A stretch of DNA of 64,000 nucleotides. Source: a virus (Duplodnaviria > Caudoviricetes). Below, piece after piece: positions 40,109 to 49,492 of the stretch. The stretch's first letter is position 1. Every line of letters starts with the position of its first letter. Location: positions 96,001-160,000 of IMG/VR virus record IMGVR_UViG_3300017780_003104, one strand, 5' to 3'. The notes under the pieces were generated by a model. That model was not told the DNA's origin, ran no database searches, and saw only the letters and a program-made list of their open reading frames with translations. The translations under genes were made by a program, and so were the position numbers.

Positions 40109-40112
40109 CTAT

Positions 40113-40250
40113 TGTGGTGGGGAAGCAGTTCCCCCTAGTAGGTAATGAGACTTAGCTCTTAATGGTGAAGACCGATAATAATAACGTTTAAACATCGGGA
40201 TAAACTACAGACGCATCTATTAAGAGTTTCTTGCGGATAAGTCTACCACA
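40113..40250 (+). ncRNA. Multi-stem structured RNA, unknown class
   Basis: TGTGGT/ACCACA, GGGGAA/TTCCCC, AGACTTA/TAAGTCT, AGCTCTTAAT/ATTAAGAGTT and CCGAT/ATCGG. Confidence 0.6.
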
Positions 40251-40255
40251 TTAAT

Positions 40256-40394
40256 TTTAAGGAAGTCCAAATAGGTAGCGGTTACACTCAAGCGCGATGA
40301 GTGTGAGAGAAAAGAATGACAATACTCTTAGTATTATATCAACTTTCGAAACGGTGAAAATCGTAAATTGCGGGTTCAAGTCCCGCTCCTTAAA
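40256..40394 (+). ncRNA. Enlarged tRNA-like RNA
   Basis: Terminal TTTAAGGA/TCCTTAAA; T-arm GCGGG-TTCAAGT-CCCGC; 9-bp TTACACTCA/TGAGTGTGA hairpin with a 7-nt loop. Confidence 0.65.
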
Positions 40395-40398
40395 TCTT

Positions 40399-40606
40399 TG
40401 AAGTGTCGATGTTGAAGGAAACATATCGAAGTTTGTAAGATAGTTATGGAAAGGCGCATGGCCGAACCACTAAGAAAGTTGAGAAATCTTAACTAGGTTG
40501 GTAGCCTAGACTTACCATGTAGCCCATACGGAGTAATTGTCTAAACCTAATCTCGCCAGAGAAAAGTTACGGACTCCATAGTTGGTATCAAGCCCAACAC
40601 ACTTCA
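40399..40606 (+). ncRNA. Enlarged tRNA-like RNA with a multi-helix insert
   Basis: Acceptor GAAGTGT/ACACTTC; D-like ATGTT/AACAT; T-like GTTGG-TATCAAGC-CCAAC; internal TATGG/CCATA, CATGG/CCATG, CTAGG/CCTAG and GGAGT/ACTCC. Confidence 0.6.
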
Positions 40607-40634
40607 TAATTTTTAATTAAAACCGAACTATAAT

Positions 40635-41066
40635 TTGGTTATGAAACGAGACGAGTTACAAAAAATTCTAAGAGCATATATGGAAGAACATGGTGCTATG
40701 GAATTTCTATGGACTGTTGATGATGAACTTCTACGTCCAACTATTCATAAGAATAGACATGAAATGATTTGTTCGACTGGAGATTTTAGAGGTAACTTTG
40801 ATTATGATCGTGGGTTCTTGGTAGTTTCCATTTCAGTATATTGGGAAAGGGATGAATTATATTCCGTTAATATGCCTATTTTCAATATCGATGATGGTAT
40901 TTGGAGAGCTGTTTCTAAGAATTTTGACACTAAAGAAGAGGCTCAAGAATTAGCAGATAAAGTGGCTTCAGGTTTTGTTAAAAACTTTGGAACTAAGCTT
41001 CCAACCGAAGATGAACTAAATGAATTTCTTCGTCCCTTTGGTATGTATGGTCATTCAGAAGGTTAA
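40635..41066 (+). CDS. Hypothetical protein
   Basis: Motif-headed; the ATG at 40641 is the likely start. Confidence 0.65.
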   Translation: MVMKRDELQKILRAYMEEHGAMEFLWTVDDELLRPTIHKNRHEMICSTGDFRGNFDYDRGFLVVSISVYWERDELYSVNMPIFNIDDGIWRAVSKNFDTKEEAQELADKVASGFVKNFGTKLPTEDELNEFLRPFGMYGHSEG

Positions 41067-41090
41067 TTAAAACCGAAGTATAGTAGTGAT

Positions 41091-41324
41091 ATGAAAATCA
41101 TCACCACACGCCTTAGAGTCATGCGATACAATTATCGAAATGATTGGAAAGCTGTTCAAATTCTACTCAAATATTATTATATTTTTGGCTTTAAATTTTT
41201 CGAAGTAGAATTAGATAGGGAAGATGTTCCAAGGCATGTGGTTCTTGCCAATGCATGTTTTGGCGATACGAGTGGATGGACTTCAAAATTTATGCCCTTT
41301 GAAAAAGGAGGATGGAAAGACTAA
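41091..41324 (+). CDS. Hypothetical protein
   Basis: Motif-headed. Confidence 0.6.
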   Translation: MKIITTRLRVMRYNYRNDWKAVQILLKYYYIFGFKFFEVELDREDVPRHVVLANACFGDTSGWTSKFMPFEKGGWKD

Positions 41325-41325
41325 A

Positions 41326-41961
41326 ATGCAAACTCGTTATAAATACAACAGAACAAAACATCTTCCATGGTCCCCCGGTGCAACTTCAGATGATAAGATT
41401 CTTAAGGACACTTCTTGCTTTAATGGTAAGACGGTAATCATTACTGAGAAGATGGATGGTGAAAATTCCACTCTTTATAGTGATTATTATCATGCACGTT
41501 CATTAGATGGTAGGGATCATCCTTCACGTTCATGGATTAAACAGTTTCATGCATCTATTAAGAATGACATTCCAGAAGGATGGCGTATATGTGGTGAAAA
41601 CCTTTATGCAAAACATTCCATTGGATATGATAAGCTAAAATCATATTTCTATTGTTTCAGTATTTGGGATGATACTAACTATTGTTTATCTTGGAAAGAC
41701 ACTGTAGAGTTTTGTCAGTTGTTAGGTATTGAACATGTTAAGGTTTTTAAGACTTTGAAGTGGGACGAATTAACAGTAAAGAATTTCTTAATTGATTCTG
41801 AAAAAGAGGAAGGTTATGCTGTTCGTAATGTTGGTGGATTTCTATATGAAGACTTTGGAAGTAACGTAGCGAAATGGGTAAGACCAAATCACGTAACCAC
41901 TTCGACCCATTGGCTACATTCGGAAGTGATACCAAACAAGTTAATTAAAACCGAAGTATAA
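41326..41961 (+). CDS. RNA ligase family protein
   Basis: KYNRTKHLPWSPG, TEKMDGEN, CGEN, EGYAVR and AKWVR; ATG at 41326 is in frame with track ORF 41224. Confidence 0.8.
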   Translation: MQTRYKYNRTKHLPWSPGATSDDKILKDTSCFNGKTVIITEKMDGENSTLYSDYYHARSLDGRDHPSRSWIKQFHASIKNDIPEGWRICGENLYAKHSIGYDKLKSYFYCFSIWDDTNYCLSWKDTVEFCQLLGIEHVKVFKTLKWDELTVKNFLIDSEKEEGYAVRNVGGFLYEDFGSNVAKWVRPNHVTTSTHWLHSEVIPNKLIKTEV

Positions 41962-41968
41962 TCACTAT

Positions 41969-42556
41969 ATGAACATTTTTGTATTAGACGAACATCCCCA
42001 ACAAGCTGCACAATGGCATTGTGATAAGCATGTAGTTAAAATGATTCTTGAGTCTGCACAATTAATGTGTTCAGTGTATCATCTTAATGATATTGAAGCA
42101 CCATATAAGCTAACTCATAAGAATCATCCTTGTGCTATTTGGGCTAGAGAGTCTTTAGGTAATTTTAAATGGTTGTTGAGACATTCCAAGGCATTGACCG
42201 AAGAATATTATGAGCGTTATAATAAAATTCACAAAAGTGAAACTGTCATTAGATGGTGTGAAGAAAATATCAATAAGTTAAAATTTCCTAGAGAACACAT
42301 GACACCTTTTGCTCTGGCTATGCCTGACGAATATAAACGTGCTACACCAGTTCAATCATATAGAGAATACTACAAAGAAGGTAAAAAACATTTACATAGT
42401 TGGAAACGCAATCATCCACATTGGATTGACAAGTATATGGATAAGGAAACATCTGAAATGCTTTGGAGTGCAGATCCCAATTGTGAACATGTTTATGACC
42501 CTTATAATTATTCGGGTATAAAATGTAAAAAATGTAATGGGTGGTATTGTTTATGA
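41969..42556 (+). CDS. Pyrimidine-dimer DNA glycosylase / endonuclease V-like protein
   Basis: MNIFVLD..P, CDKHVVKMILESAQ, THKNHPCAIWAR and YREYY. Confidence 0.75.
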   Translation: MNIFVLDEHPQQAAQWHCDKHVVKMILESAQLMCSVYHLNDIEAPYKLTHKNHPCAIWARESLGNFKWLLRHSKALTEEYYERYNKIHKSETVIRWCEENINKLKFPREHMTPFALAMPDEYKRATPVQSYREYYKEGKKHLHSWKRNHPHWIDKYMDKETSEMLWSADPNCEHVYDPYNYSGIKCKKCNGWYCL

Positions 42557-42957
42557 ATCTTTTAAAGAAAATGAATCCAGAATATTTGCCAGAAAATGAT
42601 ATCTATATGTTTAGGTATGATGTGGATACATACTACAATCACAACACTAGTTTAGGATGTAGGGTATTTATAATTTCTTCAAAAACACCTAAAGGAGTTT
42701 GGGTGGTTCCTGATTGGACTAATTTACATAATGAAGAAGATGTTAAAAGATATCGTAAATTTGTTCGCAATGATGGTGTAAAAAGATTCGCATACGAAAC
42801 TAGAGAACTTGCAAGACATTCATTCTTATGTAGGAAAAGACGACATATTGAGATTCTAAAATCACAACTAAAGAAAGCAGAAGATGGGTATGTTCTTGCT
42901 GGTGGGACATTACCTATAGCAACTAGATATAGAACTTGGTTCAACGAATACGATTAA
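42553..42957 (+). CDS. Hypothetical protein
   Basis: KTPKGVW...KRFAYET..A..SF..RK pattern common in phage proteins. Confidence 0.6.
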   Translation: MNLLKKMNPEYLPENDIYMFRYDVDTYYNHNTSLGCRVFIISSKTPKGVWVVPDWTNLHNEEDVKRYRKFVRNDGVKRFAYETRELARHSFLCRKRRHIEILKSQLKKAEDGYVLAGGTLPIATRYRTWFNEYD

Positions 42958-42982
42958 TTAAAACCCGAACTACAATACAGAC

Positions 42983-43327
42983 ATGAAACTTGAATTTAAA
43001 TCAACTAAGGACATTTTACCAAAGGATCGTGAATTTATTCTCTGTATTAAGACAGATAGAAGTCTTTATTATGAGGACTCCCCACTTCCAGAATTTTATG
43101 AATGTGAGTGGTCTTGGTCTGATGGTGAAGGTGGACAACTATGCCATTCTGATGAATATTCTTTAGAAAATCCTCCAGAAGACTATCCATATCTTTTAAT
43201 TTTAAATGGTGAGGGATTTGTCATCTGGACGAATGAAATCAATAAATGGAATCCAGATATTCAACATTTATGGTGGGTTTTTCAGGAAGAGTTTAACACC
43301 ATTTGGAGAAACGCCAAACACGTTTAA
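42983..43327 (+). CDS. Hypothetical protein
   Basis: Motif-headed. Confidence 0.6.
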   Translation: MKLEFKSTKDILPKDREFILCIKTDRSLYYEDSPLPEFYECEWSWSDGEGGQLCHSDEYSLENPPEDYPYLLILNGEGFVIWTNEINKWNPDIQHLWWVFQEEFNTIWRNAKHV

Positions 43328-43354
43328 TTAAAACCGAACTACAATTAGACCACG

Positions 43355-45292
43355 ATGAAAACGGGAATCCTCACAACAAAGACCATCGCATCCGACGATA
43401 TCAAAGATAACAAGAGTATAATGGGTATGTCTGCTAAGGGCATGGAGATGGCACAATATTTTCTTCGGGATAAGATTTATTCTGATAAGGTTTTAGCTGT
43501 CGTTCGTGAATACATTTGTAATGCACAAGATGAACATATAAAGTATAATATCGACAAGAATGTTGATGTTAAATTGACCAAAGTTGATTCCAAATGGGTA
43601 TGGTCCGTTCGTGATTATGCTATGGGACTGAATGAATATGATATCCGAAATGTATTCGGTATGTATTTTGAGTCCACTAAGTCAAACGAAAATGATTCTG
43701 TTGGTGGATTTGGAATTGGGGGAAAGGCCGGATTCTCCTATACGGATACATTCTATGTCAATTCCCATTACAATGGAACTAAGAGTTGCTACGTATGCAC
43801 ACTTGGATCTGGAACTAAGGGTATTCCAGTTGGGGAGATTTATAAAATCTCTGAGGAACCTACTACCGAACAAGGTATTGAAATCAGTTTGGATGTTGAT
43901 AAGGATGTTAGTCAGTTCTCAAGGAAAACTCATAATTTGGTTGAATTCTATCTACCAAATGCCAACATACTATTCGAAAACGAATACTATTCTAAGGTAT
44001 ATGCACCTCTACAACCAGATACCGTAAAAACTGTTGGGGATTATGTCTTCAATACCTATACTTCACACCCATATGAGATATATAGTAATGATAAGTTCTT
44101 GATCCGAATGGGGGGTGTCATATATCCATATAAGTCATCATCAGTGAGAGTTGGATCATATGCAAAATGTATTATAGTTGATGTTCCAATTGGAATGCTC
44201 AGTATTCCTATCTCAAGAGAAAGTATTGAAAACACTCCACTCAATGAAAAAGTGTTTGTTGATATCAATAAGTGCTTAGATCTTATAAATGAAGAAGAAG
44301 GGTCCACAATCACTGTTCCAAAATTTGGTGCTGTATGCACGGGAAACGAAGAGTTTAATAAGACCTGTACAGGAGAATGGTTCATTCATCAGTATAGAAC
44401 TCGTTTTGAACTGACGAATACTTGGCAACGTCATATTGGACGTATTGGTAGTGGAGATGATTGTGATCATACATATGGGAAGGTATCGAAAGGTCCGGTT
44501 CATATCGTGTATCTGGTCCCAGATATTAAAAATATTAAGAATTGGCTGAAACGTATTCACCAAACATGTAAGAAAATTCAAGGTGTAGATTTCATTGGGT
44601 TTTCTTACATGAAGATTACAGACTATAATAAAATGATTGCTAGTATCCCTGCGGGAGATACCACTATCGACTTATCTGATTGTGTATTTGTTGATGTTAA
44701 AACTCTTAAACTTCCAAAGCTTGATAAAGGTAAAGTTGATGATACGACCTATTTGGTATATGACCAACATGGATATAAGACATATCACACTGCTGAGTCA
44801 CTCGATGCTATCGTAAGGAAACAACATTTCAATGATGAAGATCTTGAAGATGATTGGTATAACGATTGTAATGGTATGGATAAAGTTAGACTCAGAACCA
44901 TTGGCCGAGTATCCGATTATGGAACTAGGTCAAGTTTTTTCACTGTGAATAGTGTGAAGATGGTCGATTCTCTTGTAGAGCTTGGTTGGTTGACACCTAC
45001 TAGTCCTGAATATGTTTCAATCAAGGCTAAATTTGACGATGAGTATCGTATTAAACGAGAGATTGCTTGTGCGAGTAATTTGTTAAATACTATTTATTTT
45101 GGCACTAATGTCAAGGATAAGGTTAGGAAATACATTGAGAAGAGTCCACATAAGATCACTAGATTTGAAAGGGTCAAAGCTGCCATTCTTGGTGAGAATT
45201 CTGCCCGTGGTCGTATTTTGAAGTCTCTTCAATCCTATGATCGAGCTATTACACGAACAGATCTTCGCAAAATCCTAATGATGAAAGACTAA
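43355..45292 (+). CDS. rIIA: rIIA-like protein (GHKL ATPase N-terminus)
   Basis: IYSDKVLAVVREYICNA.D, RDYAMGL, STK..ND.VGGFGIGGKAGFSY; upstream of rIIB. Confidence 0.9.
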   Translation: MKTGILTTKTIASDDIKDNKSIMGMSAKGMEMAQYFLRDKIYSDKVLAVVREYICNAQDEHIKYNIDKNVDVKLTKVDSKWVWSVRDYAMGLNEYDIRNVFGMYFESTKSNENDSVGGFGIGGKAGFSYTDTFYVNSHYNGTKSCYVCTLGSGTKGIPVGEIYKISEEPTTEQGIEISLDVDKDVSQFSRKTHNLVEFYLPNANILFENEYYSKVYAPLQPDTVKTVGDYVFNTYTSHPYEIYSNDKFLIRMGGVIYPYKSSSVRVGSYAKCIIVDVPIGMLSIPISRESIENTPLNEKVFVDINKCLDLINEEEGSTITVPKFGAVCTGNEEFNKTCTGEWFIHQYRTRFELTNTWQRHIGRIGSGDDCDHTYGKVSKGPVHIVYLVPDIKNIKNWLKRIHQTCKKIQGVDFIGFSYMKITDYNKMIASIPAGDTTIDLSDCVFVDVKTLKLPKLDKGKVDDTTYLVYDQHGYKTYHTAESLDAIVRKQHFNDEDLEDDWYNDCNGMDKVRLRTIGRVSDYGTRSSFFTVNSVKMVDSLVELGWLTPTSPEYVSIKAKFDDEYRIKREIACASNLLNTIYFGTNVKDKVRKYIEKSPHKITRFERVKAAILGENSARGRILKSLQSYDRAITRTDLRKILMMKD

Positions 45293-45293
45293 T

Positions 45294-45542
45294 ATGAAAG
45301 ACACAAAATTCGCTATAAGACATAAAGAGTCTAAGAAATGGGTTAAGATATGGTTTGGTATTGGATTGGAAGGATATGTTCATTTGATGAATGAATTTCA
45401 CTCCGATGTTCTCTATTCCTCTAAGAATCTTATCGAAGAAGACTTATCATATGCCCATTGGGGCGATGGTCGTAAAGGATTTGTTGATCCTAAAGAATTT
45501 GAAATCATGACTATTGAGATAACCTACAAGCTGCCTGATTAA
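45294..45542 (+). CDS. Hypothetical protein
   Basis: TAA-T-ATG junction. Confidence 0.55.
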   Translation: MKDTKFAIRHKESKKWVKIWFGIGLEGYVHLMNEFHSDVLYSSKNLIEEDLSYAHWGDGRKGFVDPKEFEIMTIEITYKLPD

Positions 45543-45615
45543 TTAAAACCGAATTATAATGACCCTGTTGACAAATTGAAAGAATAGATTAAACTAATAA
45601 ACAGAAAATAAAAAT

Positions 45616-45639
45616 ATGACATACCTGACTAAAAGTTGA
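45616..45639 (+). pseudogene. Stranded original 5' end of rIIB (MTYLTKS*)
   Basis: ATG ACA TAC CTG ACT AA versus the current rIIB start GTG ACG TAT TTA ACT AA. Confidence 0.75.
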
Positions 45640-45661
45640 AGCGTTTGGACTAAATAATAGA

Positions 45662-46279
45662 ATGGGAATACATTCTAAATATCCGAATAACGCTGGAATA
45701 TACAAATTAACATGCACCAACAATAATAAAATATATATCGGAAAATCTCTCAGTTTAAATCGAAGACTTAATGTATATAAAAACTATAAAGTTCATTGTA
45801 GAGCTACTGGATATTTAAAAAATACCATATTAAAATATGGTTGGGATTCATTCAAAGTTGAGATTTTAGAAAATTTTGATATTCAAAACAAAGAACTAGA
45901 TAATCAATATCTATTAGATCGAGAATCATACTATATTGAGTTATACGATTCCACCAATCCCGATATAGGGTTTAACGTGTGTAAGTATTCTTTTGATGCC
46001 ACAGGGAGAACAATGCCAGAAGATTTCAAAATAAAAACCGGATTGAGAATGCGTGGAAATACTATAAATAAAGGACGAGTAATGTCCGAGGAACATAAAG
46101 AAAAACTTAGACAATCCAATCTTGGGAAACCAACTTCAGAAGAGACTAAAGAAAAAATTAGAAAGGGTAATATTGGAAGAATCCATAGACCCGAATCTAT
46201 AGAAAAAATGAGAAAAGCGAAGACCCTTATGTGGGAAGAAAAAAGAAAACAAAAAGAAAATAAACAAATAGAAAACTAA
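45662..46279 (+). mobile_element. Free-standing GIY-YIG homing endonuclease with NUMOD3 repeats
   Basis: AGIYKL...KIYIGKS, RESYYI and GFN; SEEHKEKLR, SEETKEKIR and PESIEKMR. Confidence 0.9.
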
Positions 46280-46284
46280 ACATC

Positions 46285-47286
46285 GTGACGTATTTAACTA
46301 ATGCAAGTGCCATCATCCTTTTCCTATCTAATGGAGAAAAGGCCCGAGTCGAAAAGACTGATAAAAATTATGCGAAGATTCTTAAGACCTTTGAATTGCC
46401 AAAGGATGAACAAGAGTCTGCGGTTCGTGAAGTTCTTAACCCTGTTACAGTCATTAAGGCTGATATTCGTGGTAAGGATGGATTTGAAGTGGTTGGAGAA
46501 ACCGTATTTTATAAAGGTGAAGAACTTCCTGCCGCATTGGTGACAAAGGTTCTCTCCATCATCAAGGATGGTCTTCCTCTTGAACACTTTGAAAAGTTCT
46601 GGGAACGTCTTGAAAAGAATCCGAGTGCCGCATCAGTTAATCAACTGATTGACTTCCTTTCATATAAGGAATTACCGATTACCGAGGATGGTCACTTTAT
46701 CGCTTATCGTGGTGTTAATTCCGATTATTACTCCGTGCATGGAAACCTTAAGACAAAGGTTCTACAAGGCAAGGTGGACAGTCAAGGACGTATCCTTAAT
46801 GAGATTGGAGCAACTATTGAAGTTCTTCGTCGTGAAGTTGATGATAATCGTGATGTTGGCTGTTCATTTGGTCTTCATGTTGGTTCTCTTAATTACGCTA
46901 CTAGTTGGGGACCGAAGGTTATTGTCGTTAAAATCGATCCTGCTGATGTTGTGTCAGTTCCAAAGGATTCGTCTTGTCAAAAGTGTCGTGTTTCCAAGTA
47001 TGAAATCCTCTATGATTTCGTAGGTGAAATCACTTCGTCTGTAGTGACGGAAGATGGCGAAGATGATCTTGTCACTAATGACGAAAACGAACGCCAAGAG
47101 TTCATTACTAAGGTTTGCGCGTATCTTGAAAAGAAAACCGATGATGGATATTCTGAGGTTACTGTTCGTCAGATTCAAAATAGTTTCTCACCAATTTGGC
47201 CTAGTAAGGAATCCGTTCTAGATGCACTACAAGACTTGTGGTATGAATGGGATGAAGAAACCTTCGTTGTGAGTTTGGAAGATTAA
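46285..47286 (+). CDS. rIIB: rIIB-like protein
   Basis: KFWERLEKNPS, LPITEDGHFIAYRGV, CSFGLHVG, VKIDPADVVSVP and KCRVSKY. Confidence 0.9.
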   Translation: MTYLTNASAIILFLSNGEKARVEKTDKNYAKILKTFELPKDEQESAVREVLNPVTVIKADIRGKDGFEVVGETVFYKGEELPAALVTKVLSIIKDGLPLEHFEKFWERLEKNPSAASVNQLIDFLSYKELPITEDGHFIAYRGVNSDYYSVHGNLKTKVLQGKVDSQGRILNEIGATIEVLRREVDDNRDVGCSFGLHVGSLNYATSWGPKVIVVKIDPADVVSVPKDSSCQKCRVSKYEILYDFVGEITSSVVTEDGEDDLVTNDENERQEFITKVCAYLEKKTDDGYSEVTVRQIQNSFSPIWPSKESVLDALQDLWYEWDEETFVVSLED

Positions 47287-47307
47287 TAGATGTTGTTGTG
47301 GTTGGTC

Positions 47308-47341
47308 AGAACGGGTAGTGTGAAATATCGCTACCCGTTCT
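47308..47341 (+). terminator. Hairpin after rIIB, probable terminator
   Basis: AGAACGGGTAGTG-TGAAATAT-CGCTACCCGTTCT. Confidence 0.65.
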
Positions 47342-47354
47342 TCATTAGAAAAAT

Positions 47355-47732
47355 ATGAACGAAATATTATTAACTATACTAATTCTTCTTTTGTGGTATA
47401 ATGTATTACAAATATGTACAGGAGCATTTGATTACGGGGTATCACAGTTTCGGGAAGTATCAACTCTTCTAACAATAATTATATTTGGGTTTGGGTTGAT
47501 CTTCTCTATTGTTTTACCAACAGGGTATGATAAAATCACAATGTATCCTGCCACTAACACAAGAGTTGGTGATCAACTGATAATTCAAGCCGAGAACGTC
47601 CCAACACAAATATCATCTGATATTTCATTGATTAATAAACCAGTTCAAATCAAAAAAATATCAGAAAATAATGCGTGGGGTGGTTGTTTGCAGGTCAAAT
47701 ACGAAATAGAAATAATTAAAACCGAACTATAA
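47355..47732 (+). CDS. Hypothetical membrane protein
   Basis: Two hydrophobic N-terminal segments. Confidence 0.65.
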   Translation: MNEILLTILILLLWYNVLQICTGAFDYGVSQFREVSTLLTIIIFGFGLIFSIVLPTGYDKITMYPATNTRVGDQLIIQAENVPTQISSDISLINKPVQIKKISENNAWGGCLQVKYEIEIIKTEL

Positions 47733-47739
47733 TACGAAC

Positions 47740-48657
47740 ATGCGACAACATATCCTCTGGAAAACTACCACTGAATATCCTTACATTCTAAACTTAGATT
47801 TAGGGTTCACACCTTATAAAAAAGGGTTGGATCTCTTATATAAGAAATTTGAATTTAAGGGTGGTGAACCACATTTTCAAATTACCACCCCTTGTGAGTA
47901 TGCTGCACAATCTCATCTTATCATCACACAACGATATAACACGGTCGGTGATCTATTTGATATCATTCTTGCTAACGATGCTGCTCGACGTATGGGCTTT
48001 AGGAACATTAAGTTGATCCTACCATACTTCCCTGCTGCTCGTCAAGATCGAGTATGTAATGAAGGCGAACCTTTGACAATTAAGGTCTTTACTGATATGA
48101 TTAATGGTTGCGGGTTTGATGAAGTAGTTATCCTATGCCCGCATAGTGAAGTGACACCCGCATTGATTAATAATGTTACAGTTCTTGATGAGCATGAATA
48201 TATAGAGAAGGCACTGGAAACTTATAACCATGATCAGATCAATATCGTATGTCCTGATGCTGGTGCTGGTAAGCGTGTGGGTAAAATTGTAGAATTTCTA
48301 TCGAACGGTCCAAAGAAATTCAAGACAGTAAACCTTATTCGCTGTGAAAAGGTTCGTGACGTTAAGGATGGAAGTCTTAAGGGTTTCTTTGTTCAAGCAG
48401 ATGACCTTGGTGGTTGGCCCACTCTCATTTGTGATGATATTGTATCTCTTGGTGGAACCTTCATTGGGCTTGGAGAAGTTCTTAAGACTAAGAATTGTGG
48501 TAAGCTTATGTTGTTTACTGCTCACGCTGATTGTATCGAGGGTCTTGATAAGATGGCGAATTACTTTGACCATTTCTATACAACAAATTCTAAGCGTAAT
48601 TGGGGAGAACTATCCTTGTCTCCCAATAAGGTGACTTGTTTTGATATTAACTTATGA
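47740..48657 (+). CDS. Ribose-phosphate pyrophosphokinase-like protein (Adps candidate)
   Basis: FKGGEPH, LPYFPAARQDR, HSEV, VCPDAGAGKR and ICDDIVSLGGTF. Confidence 0.9.
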   Translation: MRQHILWKTTTEYPYILNLDLGFTPYKKGLDLLYKKFEFKGGEPHFQITTPCEYAAQSHLIITQRYNTVGDLFDIILANDAARRMGFRNIKLILPYFPAARQDRVCNEGEPLTIKVFTDMINGCGFDEVVILCPHSEVTPALINNVTVLDEHEYIEKALETYNHDQINIVCPDAGAGKRVGKIVEFLSNGPKKFKTVNLIRCEKVRDVKDGSLKGFFVQADDLGGWPTLICDDIVSLGGTFIGLGEVLKTKNCGKLMLFTAHADCIEGLDKMANYFDHFYTTNSKRNWGELSLSPNKVTCFDINL

Positions 48658-48660
48658 AAA

Positions 48661-49437
48661 TCAAACCGCATCTATTCTATCCCACTTCCTATTCATATAG
48701 GGAATATTAGAATTAGTGATTAGTGATTTTAAAATTCTAGAATCCTTTTTCGGAACAGTCAAAATAACCCAACTATCTTTAGTAATTCTTATAGTTGAAT
48801 TTATATCGTAAAATGTTTTGAGATTGTGGGATATTGCTTTAAGATTATCTGTCCAATTTGGGTGTATTTTAATCTTAATATTTTGATTAGTCTTATCCAC
48901 ATACCCATCCCCATCTATTAATCCAGTTATGAAATATTTCAACTTATCAGGTGTTAAAAATTCAATTATGTTAAATGGATTATATGTCTTTTTCGGAACG
49001 ATAGAAAACCTTTCAATCAATCTTCCCAAAGTATAATAATCATTTATAGCAATTCTACTCATTGTATAACCATCAACATTCCAACCATTTTCTCTATACA
49101 CATCAACAATATCACAATTTGTTAATTTTGAAAATCTTTCTAGATGTTGTTTATCGTGAATACTAATCGATAATATCAACTGTTTTTGGGTTATACAACC
49201 ATCTGCGGTAATGAATCCCCACCAATAACAATTCTCATCAATATCTAGGTTTTCCAACCATGTTATATCTTTTTTACTTTTGGTAACTTTTTTATGCAAC
49301 TTATACGTTTTAGCCTTCCATCTAATTTGATCATTAGTTTTATCCTTTAGATGTGTCACTAAATCGTGAGTTTTCATAAACTCATAATTTTCAATAAGAA
49401 ACTGTTCTTGTTCTCGACTCCATTTTCTTTCCTTCAT
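48661..49437 (-). mobile_element. Free-standing LAGLIDADG homing endonuclease
   Basis: Two motifs, YWWGFITADG and FITGLIDGDG; TAAATA-atagt-ATG. Confidence 0.88.
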
Positions 49438-49492
49438 ACTATTATTTAGTAAAGAGGTTTCTTTTTACGAGGAATAAATTAAAATAAATTAT

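Noticed and set aside
40256-40394. tmRNA
   Set aside because: Too short, no GGGG 5' end, no G3-U70 alanine identity and no tag ORF or CCA.
45616-46301. Group I intron in rIIB
   Set aside because: The ORF fills almost the whole insert, leaving no room for a P3-P7 core. No terminal G lies at the needed junction, and the duplicated start is better explained by a free-standing insertion.
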